Assembly (NCBI GenBank): GCA_030704615.1
Contig: CM060733.1
Span: 72,416,001 to 72,480,000 of the forward strand
DNA length: 64,000 bases
Reading direction: 5' to 3'
DNA from: Takakia lepidozioides
Taxonomy: Eukaryota; Plantae; Bryophyta
Shown: positions 1 through 11,250 of the stretch, piece after piece
How the letters are laid out: every line of letters starts with the position of its first letter
Position numbering within the stretch: position 1 is the first letter of the stretch
Program-made: the position numbers and the translations under genes
Notes under the pieces: generated by a model
The model's database searches: none
Seen by the model: only the letters and a program-made list of their open reading frames with translations
What the model was told of the DNA's origin: nothing

Positions 1-310
1 CAATCTTTGCCACTATGTTCAACATACCATGTATCAGGTCCCAGACTAATATGAGATCAATCGAAATTCATTCGATGGCTCAACGGATGGTTGGCCATCA
101 AAATGATTTTGGTTCGCTTTGAGACTTGGCCACTATGTTCAATGTGCCATGTAAGAGGCCCCAGAGTAATATGAGATCAATCAAAATTCGTTCAATGGGC
201 CAACGGATGGTTGCCCATCCAAATGATTTTCGTTCGCTTTGAAACATGGCCAGTGTGTTCAATGTACCCTCTGATACGTCCCAGTGTAATACGAGATCAA
301 TCGAAATACG
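1..310. repeat. Degenerate ~120-bp tandem repeat (~2.6 units, runs off the window start)
   Basis: GCCAxTxTGTTCAA...GAGATCAATC...TTCGCTTTGA recurs near 10, 129 and 249. Confidence 0.7.
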
Positions 311-714
311 TTCGATTGTCCAATGAGGCGTTCACTTGTCATCTGGTTTTTGTTCAATGCGAAAAAAAAATCCTGCAATGCGTGCACGACTATTGCACCC
401 ATTGAACGGATGTGGTTGAAGCCCCTCTTTTGCCCCCATGTGCTTGAACATGTGTGCGACACATGTGCAGAGACACATTAGACAAATAAATCATTTGCCT
501 CCCCATCGACGCGTTCACCCCTCAAGTCATTCCACAATTTAATTGAATTTAAATTCATCTTAAGGCAATAAATAAGTTTGCACTTCCTTTCATTGGGGGT
601 TTCTGGCACGTATCGAATTTGTTTTTGGCTCAATTTTGTTCTGCGGCTTCGAGCATCCCACTGCTACTCCCCCGCCAAAATTTGCAGCAATAAAAAATGC
701 CCCAAAAAAAAAGT

Positions 715-2043
715 GTTATCTTTCGCAAGCCCAAGTATGGCATTCAGGGAATACTGGAGCCTCCCGGCGTCTGGCCTGTTGCACCGAGTTGAAACCTCTC
801 TTAGAATGAGGCGGATGCTCTTTCTGCAGCAGGATTTCAAATGGTGCAACGCACGGACGTCCCGGTCCATCCATTTCCAGTTCCTCAGACCCAGCCATTG
901 CAGACTGTGAGGTCCAGTAGAGACGGATTGGACAATTCTGCACATCCCACAATGCGATTCGGAAGAGTGAAGAGACGACACCCTCCCAACAAGTTGAATG
1001 AGACTCGGATTGCAAATGCTCTTGGGATGACTTGCACTATTCAGAGCTCCATGGACGTACCCGCACCCGACCTTGGGCGTGTTTATCGGATGGCAACGGC
1101 CGGCTCAGCTGTACGTGACGACGTATACACAATTATAATCGGAGTGGAGCCAACATGTAATTGTACGGACTTTTCGTTGATGGAAGCAAAGGAGGAGACG
1201 AAGTATTATCCGTGCAAGCATCTATATTACATTTACCTGAAGAGGCTGAGGATGGACTTGAGTATTGATGACTTTGTTCATGCACCAACGTTGAGCGTGA
1301 ACGAGCTGCACAAACTCCTCGGCAGGGATTCCAGAAATCATTGATGGGGCAAAGGGAATCCACCATATGGATATTTTCAATTGCATTTTTATGCATTAGA
1401 CTTTGTTTTGCAGTGTAATGAAATCCACCCCAAAACTCCAGGAATGAGACCTGCAATGTTGAAGTAATCTCTTTCAAACACATTATAGACTTCTGGATAT
1501 CCGTTGACGTCCAGTGGCAGTTCAATAATAAGATGGCGGCAAGATGAATTTGCAGATCTTCCAAAAAACTGAGTTCCAATAGTAGCAGTTGTGAGGGCCA
1601 TTTCTGGAAATATGGCGCCGAATTTCAACATGTGTGTAGTCCTGGGCACCATCTCCCGAAATTTGGCGCCGCATTTCCAATTTTTGGGCCAACACACTTG
1701 ACATGCAGGGATCTATAGCCGCAAAATTCGGCACCATTTTTCGCTGGAGGCACCTATTACCGCGAAATACGTCGCCATTTTCTTCGGTTACGGAACCTAT
1801 TACTGTGAAATTCGGCGCCATTTTCACAGATGTCGCTCGCAATTTCCATGAGCGCAAGAGAAAATATCATGAGCACGGCTCCCAAAACTTCAATTTCAGC
1901 TTCACACAATGAATATTATATTATTATTGTTCTGACACATTCCATTAAAATATTGTTTTTAATGTTTTTTAATTCCAATATTTGAACTTCTACTCATGAA
2001 AACCGATTGTCTTACTACTCCGCTCATGCCGCTCATGCCGCTT
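715..2043 (+). mobile_element. MULE copy 0: 3' fragment (SWIM-containing transposase C-terminus plus subterminal region), 5'-truncated, terminal TIR lost
   Basis: ORF 841-1344 is nearly identical to the C-terminus of ORF 28595-30025 (CNCTDF...PCKHLYYIY SWIM). 1345-2043 matches the reverse complement of ~27830-28595, including AATTCGGCGCC motifs and GCTCATGCC repeats. Confidence 0.85.
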
Positions 2044-2883
2044 AAAAAGCTAACCTAACCTGCTATGGTGCCAAGCCTATGTGGCTATTCATATCATGGG
2101 TTTCCCCCAACTTAAATGCGAACAACAAAACAAAACATTGTGAACTCGGATTGCAAATCACCTCATCAAGAGGGCTATTTTGCTGTCAATCACTGCAACT
2201 TCAAGTCTTAGCTTGGAAAATTATTCAATGCACATGCATGAACAACAAGTGAGTGGAGTGTCAACCTGCTCTGTGGGAGGTGCTTGTGATGCTCTAATGA
2301 CTTGTGCAATGGTACTCTATGCGGCCCTTCCTTGGTGCTCGTCACTAGGTCCACGCCGGCCTTCCTACTCGTCTCCAAGTCTCCCTTTCCCCACACGAGA
2401 TTGCACAACCTCCTTGATCAAATTCAAAAGGGTCTCAAGGCCAATCAATGGACTAGGCTCCTTGCCTTAATCCTCTAACAATCTTTCTACACTAGGGAGC
2501 TTCAAGCTCCACTGCCTAGGACCTAGGCTTCCTCAAGCCACAAATTAGCAAACATCTAAACAACAAAGCAAGATGAAACTATGCAAATGAACTAGGTGAA
2601 GAGCAAGGAGAGCCTTGCTCTTCTTTTATACTGTTTTTGGGCCTAATAAAGTAATGAGAAATATTCATTAAACTATTGCATCCTTGAAGGATCTATAGTT
2701 TAATATTCAACATGGATGAAAAGTCTTAGAGGCCAATGAAAGCTAGTTTTTCATCCATCCTTATGGATGACCAGTTGGCGCGAGTTGTTATTTCATCCAT
2801 CCAGATCCTCAAGGCGAATTTAGGATTTTTCATCCATCCATGAAGTAAAAACTCAAATAATCGGCTCCCGTGAGTGTCGTCGC

Positions 2884-3135
2884 CCAAGTGGGCTGGTGTG
2901 GTTGCGCGCACCAATGCGGCCAGACCCCCGTTGCTGCGAATTGCTTGACAGAGAGCATGCGTGATAGAGAGGGTGCCTGCCATCACCCAAATTTGAAGAA
3001 AAAAAAAAAAAACAAAAAAAACCAAGTGGGCTAGTGTGGTTGCGCGCACCAATGCGGCCAGCTCCCCGTTGCTGTGAATTGCTTGACAGAGAGGTAGTGC
3101 GAGAGAATGAGAGGGTGCCATCACCCAAATTTGAA
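2884..3135. repeat. Local direct duplication (~115-140 bp, two copies separated by an A-rich tract)
   Basis: CCAAGTGGGCTrGTGTGGTTGCGCGCACCAATGCGGCCAG...CATCACCCAAATTTGAA at ~2884 and ~3022. Confidence 0.75.
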
Positions 3136-3679
3136 AACCTAAGTAAGCTCGGGCGGGGTGGCTGTAGGGTGCTTACCGGGGAAGGACAGCCGGGGGTGAG
3201 CGAGCCAAGCTCCGGTGACGTGCTCTGCAGCACATACACACACAGGGGCAGCGGCCGGCAAGTTAACAGACCGACAGAGGTGGGGGAGCTGGAATCGGCG
3301 AGCTCGCCTTGCGAGGAAAAGGAAGACAGGGAGGGTATGAAAGTGCAAGGAAAGCAAGGTAAACGGAAGAGAAGGGACCCTTAGCTCACCTCCAGGATGA
3401 CGCACGGCCGAGGGCGAGTAGCTCAACATTGGAGTTTGGGAGACTCCACAGCCGCGGCAAAAAGCAAGTGCACGAAGCGCGCCTTCCTCCGAGCTCCCCC
3501 CACGACGAGGTAACCTCCGCACCTCTCACCCTCTTGTTGAAATCTCTACCTTGCAAGCTGAGTGAAGAGGAGAGGGAGAGGGAGCTGGGCCGTGAGAGAG
3601 AGAAGGAGGTCGCTTGACGATTTTGAATTTTTTTTAATTAACGACGGTAATCAAACAAATTGAAATTAGTAAAAGAATC

Positions 3680-3890
3680 CCGTCGTTGTGTAGCTTCGAC
3701 CCCCTGGAGGTCGCTTTTGGGGACTTAGAAGTTTTTAGTGTGCACCCATTTCCCGTCGCTTTCTATATACGACCCCCTGGAGGTCGCTTCTGGGACTTGG
3801 TAGTTTTTAGAGCCGGATGTTAGCTAGTGTGGGCACCCATTTCCCGTCGCATGGTATCTGTGACCCCCAGGTGGTCGCTTCCTGGGGGTT
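3680..3890. repeat. Three short degenerate direct repeats
   Basis: CCCGTCG...GACCCCCxGGxGGTCGCTT at ~3680, ~3752 and ~3843. Confidence 0.6.
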
Positions 3891-4179
3891 GGAGCTTTTT
3901 TGAAAGCATGATGTCATGTTTCATATAATTCATATATCAGTTGGATGTGCAATTTCAATAGTGAGGTTTTTGGATTTTTTTTATAGGTGATGATACGCTC
4001 ACGGGCTCGACCAATCACGGAGGATGATTATCATTCAATGTAGTTCCACCCGATGAGAACACCTCCAGCAATGATGTCTGCATGCTTGATAAACTTCCAC
4101 CTCTTTCAAGACGCCGAAGACGAAAATTGCGTGGATCCGAGAACAACTCTTGAAGGAGTATGAAATGACTAATCTGGGT

Positions 4180-5760
4180 GGATAATGTCACCATGAACCT
4201 CTTTGACCATTCCCAGGGCTGCTAAGCTCGCATATGCATATTATAAACACAACTGAGCATGACCTGGTTTGGCTTCATCCCTTCCCACATCATTTGGTCT
4301 TAGGTTTCCAAAGCCTTAATCCCATACCCATGCGGCAGTGTTCAGAATGACATCTGGTACAAATCCAGCTTTGATGATGTCACCATGGACCTCTTTCCCC
4401 TTTTCCAAAGCTCCCAAGCTTGCGTGCACACGCATTGCAAACACAAACAAACGTGATGTGGTTGGGCTTCACCCCTTCGCGCAGCAGTTGCTCATAGGTC
4501 TCCAAAGCATTCCTACCACACCCATGCTTGGTAACTCCTGCCAACATTATATTCCACATGATCAAAGATCGTTGAGGGATTCGGTTAAACACTTGGTGAG
4601 CATAGATGTACACCAGAGGAATGTTCAAAATGACTGCATCTGATACAATTCCAGCTTTGATAATGTCACCATGATTTTTTTTTACTATTCCCAGGGATGC
4701 TAAGCTCGCATATGCATATTATAAACACAAATGAGCATGACCTGGTCTGGCTTCATCCCTTCCCACATCATTTGCTCTTAGGTTTCCAAAGCCTTAATCC
4801 CATATCCATGCTGCACATACCTTGCAATCATGGCACTCCAAAACACCACATCTCGTTCAGCCATATTGTCAAACTCTCCCTTCGCATCAGGCTTGCTACA
4901 CCCACATTTGGCATACATGTCCACCAGGGCAGTGTTTAGAATGACATCCGGTACAAATCCAGCTTTGATGATGTCACCATGGACCTCTTTCCCCTTTTCC
5001 AGAGCTCCCAAGCTTGCACACACATTGCAAACACAAACAAACGTGATGTGGTTGGGCTTCACCCCTTCGCGCAGTAGTTGCTCATAGGTCTCCCAAGCAT
5101 TCCTACCACACCCATGTTTGGTAACTCCTGCCAACATTATATTCCACGTGATCAAAGATCGTTGAGGCATTCTGTTGAACACTTGGTGAGCATCCATGAT
5201 GCTCCCGCACTTAACATACATGGAGACAAGGGTGTTGAGTAGAAAAACATTTGGCGTGCATCTACTTTGGATAATGTAAGTGTGCACTTGCTTTCCAGCG
5301 TCCAGACCTTCCATCTTGATGCACTTAAGCAAGGGACAGACATACGTACCTGAATCTGCTGAAATGCCTCATTGGTTTAAAGTCTGTAGAGCCTCTGTCA
5401 GTCTGCCTGCCCGCAAAGCATCTTCACATGCCCAGAAGTGCCAGAAGAGGCATTGTGGACTCCCTCTCTTGATCCTCTTTCAGAAGTTGTGGTCAATATG
5501 GTTGAGGTGCCTGGTTTTATGAACTGTGTCGCTGCAGCTGCAGCCTTTAGTTGACCATCTACCATGCAGGTTTCTTGTAGCTATTGATCCATAGGGAATC
5601 ACATCTGGTACAATTCCAGCTTTGGCGATGCAACCATGCCCCACTTTGCCCTTTTCCAGGGCTGCCAGGCTTGAACACGCACTGCAAACGCACACAAACC
5701 TGATGTGGTCGGGCTTCACCCTTCCCCAATCATTTGCTAGAATGGCCATGCCCACAAATT
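4180..5760 (-). pseudogene. Fragmented, internally duplicated PLS-class pentatricopeptide repeat (PPR) pseudogene
   Basis: ORF 4778-5332 has plant PLS motifs (NVFLLNTLVSMYVKCGSIMDAHQVFNRMPQRSLITWNIM; GVKPNHITFVCV; DVILNTALVDMYAKCG). Partial duplicates at ~4338-4610, ~4180-4330 and ~5600-5720 carry stops and frameshifts. Confidence 0.85.
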
Positions 5761-7822
5761 GATCCACAAGATCTTAGATAACATCGCCATTGTGTTACAT
5801 AAAGTCTTGTGTCTCACATTGTAGGAATGTGCATGCACTCAGAATGAATCTGGCTAATCATCTGGGTAGTGCGCCTCACCGGACATCTATCGTAAGACTC
5901 AAATAAGGATAGTGAAAGGGAGGACGGGAGGTCTCCCGTCAAAGGAAGGATGGGATATCTCCCGTCAATGAAATTCTGCCAGCACACACATTTGACCCAT
6001 CATCAATGAATCAATCTGGGAATTACTTCAAGATTCTGGCTTGCCATACTTATCAAGTAAACCACAAGATCTTATATAACATTGCCAATGATACACAAAG
6101 TCTTGTGGTTTACATGGTAAGTTTGATCATGCACTCTTGAAATCCCCTTAATCATTGTGGTTGATCACCTAGGTTATTAATAGTGTTTTGTGTCAGACTG
6201 GTCGTCTTAAACAGGCAAAAAAGAATGGTCATTACAAGCACGGGAGACCTCCCGTCAAAGAGAGGCGGTATATCTTCCGGGAAAGCAACAACAGGAGGTC
6301 TCCCGACATAGTAAAGCCGGGAGATATCCCGTCAATCCACGTCTGCCAACAAACACTTTCAACCCATCATCATTTGAAGCAAGGATATAGCATTTAGAGC
6401 AGAGACATTCCTGCATGTGCATGGCCATAGTTACAAAGTGATATCCAAGATGTTAGATAAAATCGCCAGTGTGTTAACTAAAGTCTTGTGTATCACTTTG
6501 TAAGAATACGGAGGCAACCAGAGAAGTCCTGCAATGAATGTAGCTAATCACGTGGGTATCAGTAGTGTTATTGAAACAGTAGTCTAGCGCGAGGTTCATC
6601 TCAAATGATTGTTCAAATGAATGGTCAAAAGGTTTTTCACTGGACTTCTGCCAACTAACACTTTCAACCCATCATCATTCTTAGCAGTGACAATTCAGGC
6701 TTGTGCATGGCCAGACTTACATGAAAGCCATGCAAGATTTTAGATTACATCGCCAGTGTGTAATATAAAGACTTGTGTTGCCCTCTGTAAGTATTTGGCT
6801 GCACTCCAAATGTCCCGTCATGAATGTTATTAATCACTTGGGTATCAGTAGCGTGTTGTGCAGCCAAGTCCTGCTCGAGGTTCATCTTGAAATACTTGAA
6901 TGGTCAATGGATCGGAAGGGAGAAGGTTTCAATGATCCAAATTCTACGAACTGGATACAGTGAAAGAACAAATGAACCTGGTCAAAGAATGAAAGGAGGT
7001 CTCCCGTAGAAGGAGGTCGAAAAATCGCTTGGAAAATATGGTGACTTCCTACGCACACTTTCAACCCATCATCTGAAGCAATATCAGAGCTCTCACAATC
7101 TGGGAATTACTTCAAGTTTTCTGTCTGGTCATACTTATCAAGTTAACCACAAGATCTTATCCAACATTGCCAGTGTTGCATAAAGTCTTGTGGTTTACAA
7201 GGTAAGTGTGTTCAGCCACTCTTGAAATCCCCGTAATGAATGTGGTTAATCACCTGGGTATCACTAGTGTCCAGATTTATCTTAATTTACCGTCGGAGGT
7301 CTCCCGCTAAATGAACGTCGGGAGATCTCCCGTCACTGGATGAAGCAATTTCAACCCATCATCGTTTGGAGCAATGACATAGCATTCAGAAGCAGCGACA
7401 TACTTCCTGCTTGTGCATTGCCATGCTTAAAGAGTGATTTGCAAGATCTTAGATAACATCGCCAGTGTGTTACCTAAAGTATTGTTAATCACTTTGTTAG
7501 AACACGGAAGCACTCGGAAAAGTCCTCGAATAAATGCTGGTAATCATCTGGGTATCAGTATTGCTTCATGCCAGTCTAGTCTTGCGCGATGTTGATCTCA
7601 TAACAGAGATATAAATTATCAAATGGAGGACTGGAGGTTATGCCGGAGGTTCATATTAAGACGTAGATAAGAATGAAATATAGAGGACGGGAGGTCTCCC
7701 GCCAATGGACTTCTGTCCACAAACACTTTCAACCCATCATCATTTGAAGCAATGACACAGCATTCACAAGCAGAGACATACTTCCCGTATGTGCGTTGCT
7801 ATGTTACAGAGTGATATGCAAG
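5760..7822. repeat. Degenerate tandem repeat, about 6-7 units of ~290-415 bp, with GACGGGAGnnCTCCCGTC palindromes
   Basis: CAAGATCTTAGATAAC-like anchor at ~5767, 6065, 6447, 6734, 7150 and 7442; last unit cut at 7822; recurrent TTTCAACCCATCATC. Confidence 0.75.
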
Positions 7823-8241
7823 GAGCGTAGCTACGGCGTGAGCCCAGCCCCGTGAGCCTGGGAGCTGAGCTCACGTTCAAGCTACAAAGTGTGAGCTGAG
7901 CTCACGCTTCAGGGAAGCGTGAGCGGCACGAATCTGCTGGAGAAGAAGGTCCTATAGGCGAGGATTGCAGGAAGAGGGCCTATTACCGTGGACAAAACAA
8001 AGGGGGCCAACACACACCATGTGTGCAATGCCCGCTCAAAAACAGAAATATGAAAACATGGCAGATTTGAGCTCAGAATGATTGTCACAGTTTATTTCAA
8101 TTCACAGATAGACGCTTACAATGAATTGCATGTGCATTTGCCCTGGTTCCGTAAACGAAATCCATATGTTTGTCAGAAATGCAAAGTCTTCACACGGCAA
8201 CCTGCAAACCAGCATGGGCAGCGGGCATGGCTCGTATGTGT

Positions 8242-9450
8242 TCAAAGAGAAGTTGGCGGAGCTCCACGCGAGGTGTCCCGCTGTAGAAGGGTGTTCACTT
8301 CTCCATAGCCTAGTGTGGCTTGGTGGATGAATTGGTCTCTCTTACCGTCGCAACACATAATCACAAGGTATATGTAATATTGATGCTTGCAGGGGACCCA
8401 CTTCCCCTCATGCCGAGAGCGCCCTCACGCATCGTTACAAGTCCGGACAAGTGCACGAAGGGAAATTCCCGACGGTAACCTGATATTCTTTGCCATGAAG
8501 AACTGACCCAATTGACAGCACTGTGTAAATCCGTCCATACCCCGGAGAAGGGACTTCGGTGATACGAGACACCGAGCCTGCAAAATTCTAGCAGATTCCA
8601 TCTTGCATTCGTGATCTGCACCCGAAGCGAAACGGCGCACTGTTTTTCCATCTTTTTGTTGGGTGGGAGTCGGCACAGGGTGGCGGCATTGCCGGAGCAT
8701 GTGGCACATCTGTGCTGATAGTGCATGAGGGCACCACCCGGGACCGTGCAAGACAGAACCCTCCCTCCTCCAGCATGCTTATCTCGGTTGATGACAGCGA
8801 CGTCCCAATTTGCACAGGCCAAATGCGGGGGGAGGGGGTTTCATTATCACCGAAGGACGAACTGTTCCCTTCACGCATCGTGCCATATCGACTGGGCAGA
8901 ACCAAAATTTGTGGTCCTTTGACTCCCCACTATGATAAGGTCGGAACAACCTTGTGAATGTTGGAGCTGGAGTCCCCCTGGAGCCTTTGCATATCTTTGA
9001 TTTGCATTTCTTGAATAGGGGGTCCGAATTGCCATGCAAGCCACTCTAGATCCTGGTGGGGTGCGTTCTATATGCCACTCACTATCAATGCAATCGGATT
9101 CCTGCACCATGGCCACCGCCTCCTCCAATGGGATTCCCGCTGCTGTGCTTGTATGTTCTGCACGTGCTCCACTGGAGGAGGACCCACCTGGGAAGGGGCG
9201 GGCACACGACTCAGTCTGCAGTGGAGACACCTTTGGCACAGAGAAATTGACCCTGTCTGGCCGATGGGAATCTCTATCTGACCCTGGAAGAGTGTTCAAT
9301 TTCCTTTTGCATGATCCAAATCTTTCCTCGCCTTCCAAATGGGGGATCCTGGATTGTAGAGCGGACCCTTCAGTGCATCTGTTTAGAGCTCTGGCCATCT
9401 TTGACGGGACTCCGGACCTACTCGCAGCCCTTAGCATCAACAAAGTCGTA
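8242..9450 (-). pseudogene. C-terminal part of divergent MULE transposase (frameshifted, SWIM deleted)
   Basis: LMLRAASRS..HLEGEERFG, PAPTFTRLF..FWFCPVDMARCV, IWPVQIGTSLSSTE and DQFIHQATLGYGEVNTLLQRD align in order to the copy 1/2 C-termini. Confidence 0.8.
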
Positions 9451-10880
9451 TTCAGGAATGTCGAAAGGTGCGATTCGGACGGAAATGCGGCACAACATTT
9501 CAGTTCCCGTGGTTCATGATTTTCAATCTGAATCGAAATACGGTACCGCATTTCCGTTCCCCCTTCACATACCGCAGTTGATGAACGGAAATGCCGTTCC
9601 ACATTTCCGTTCGGGAAAGTATAGAGGTCTCACCTGAACAGAAATGTGGTGCCGCATTTCCTGTCTGGAAAGTTTGAAGGTCTCACATGGATGGAAATGC
9701 GGCACCACATTTCCGTCCCACAGCTTCAGGCCTCGTATACAAAACGGAAATGCGGCGCCGCATTTCCGTTCGAGAATGTCGGAAGGTGCGACTCGGACGG
9801 AAATGCGGAGCCGAATTTCTGTTCCCGTTGTTTACGATTTTCAGTCAGAATGGAAATGCGGTACCGCATTTCCGTTCTGTAGAGTATTAAGGTCTGACCC
9901 TGGCGGAAATGCGGTGCCGCATTTTCGTTCCACAGCTCCATGCCTCACATACAAAACGGTAATGCAGCGCCGCATTTCCGTTTTGGAATGTCGGAAGGTG
10001 CGACTCCGACGGAAATGCGGTACCGCATTTCAGTTCCGATGTTTCACGATTTTTCATCAGAACGGAAATGCGGTGCCGCATTTGCGTTCTGGAATGTTGG
10101 GAGGTGCGACTCGGATGGAAATGCGTTGCCGCATTTCAGTTCCGATGGTTCACGATTTTCAGTCAGAACGGAAATGCGGCACCGCATTTCCGTTCTGGAT
10201 AGTATGAATGTCTCAACCGGTCGGAATTGCGCTGTCTCAAGCGGTCGGAATTGCACTCGGCTCCATGCATCAGATACAAAATGGAAATGCGGCGCCGCAT
10301 TTCCGTTCTGGAATGTCGGAAAGTGCGACTCGGATGGAAATGCGGTGCCGCATTTCTGTTCCCGTTGTTCATAATTCTCAATCAGAATGGAAATGCGGTA
10401 CCGCATTTCCGTTCCACCTTCACATACCGTGCTTTCTGGATGGAAATACGTTACCGCATTTCCGTTCTGGAGAGTGTTAAGGTCTCACCCGGGCGGATAT
10501 GCGGTGCCGCATTTCCATTCTGGAATGTCGGAAAGTGCGACTCGGACGGAAATGCGGTGCCGCATTTCTGTTCCCTTTGTTCATATTCTCAATCAGAACG
10601 GAAATGCGGTACCGCATTTCCGTTCCACCTTCACATACCGTGCTTGCTGGATGGAAATGCGTTACCGCATTTCCGTACCACCTTCACATACCGTGCTTGC
10701 TGGATGGAAATGCGTTACCGCATTTCCGTTCTGGAGAGTATAAAGGTTTCCCCCGGACAGAAACTCGGTGCCGCATTTCCGTCGCTCTAGTGCATGACCA
10801 AGATGCAATACGGAAATGCGGCGCCGTATTTCCGTCCACCAGCAATCGAAAGAATCACTCGGGACGGGAAATCTGGAACC
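9451..10880. repeat. Array of ~25 24-bp palindromes CGGAAATGCGGCGCCGCATTTCCG at 53-bp period with ~5 recurring 29-bp spacer types
   Basis: Palindrome starts at 9480, 9533, 9586, 9639, 9692 and onward; centre varies GGCGCC/GGTGCC/GGCACC/GGTACC. Confidence 0.9.
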
Positions 10881-11250
10881 TAAATGGGTTGCATTGTTCC
10901 GAAACAACACAATTGCGGCCAGTCTTGATGAGCAGAACTTGGCTGTCTGACCGTTTTAACTAACAGTACTGGCACTTGTCAGTGCGAACGTTCTTGTCTG
11001 CACCGAGAATACTGCTGGATCCACCCTCAGGAGAAACTGTCAGGAGATGTTATTTCGTCGCCGAATCGGCCATCATTGTCTAACTTACTGGCTATGGAAT
11101 CAAACCTCCCACCTTCATGCATGTAGCTTGAAACAATACTTTCCACTTCAATGTGCGACTTCCAATCGTCGATGGACTCCGCATGGTGCCTGTGAGCCTT
11201 CGTCTGTCGCTATACTGAACATCGCACTTGCCAACTTCGTGCGGTGTTCG

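Noticed and set aside
2050-2720. Possible LTR fragment of another family
   Set aside because: LTR-like composition and a reverse TATA-like motif, but no TG..CA ends, TSD, PBS or second copy identified
4115-4180. Copia RT-like peptide (KIAWIREQLLKEYEMTNLG)
   Set aside because: About 20 codons with no flanking YVDD or other copia features; too short to call
9451-10880. True CRISPR array
   Set aside because: Spacers recur in a few types, no cas genes are present, and the context is eukaryotic; kept only as an architectural analogy
11047-11250. N-terminal extension of the transposase ORF
   Set aside because: Similarity to copy 2 begins near the ATG at 11251; the ORF tail after 13344 is intron read-through
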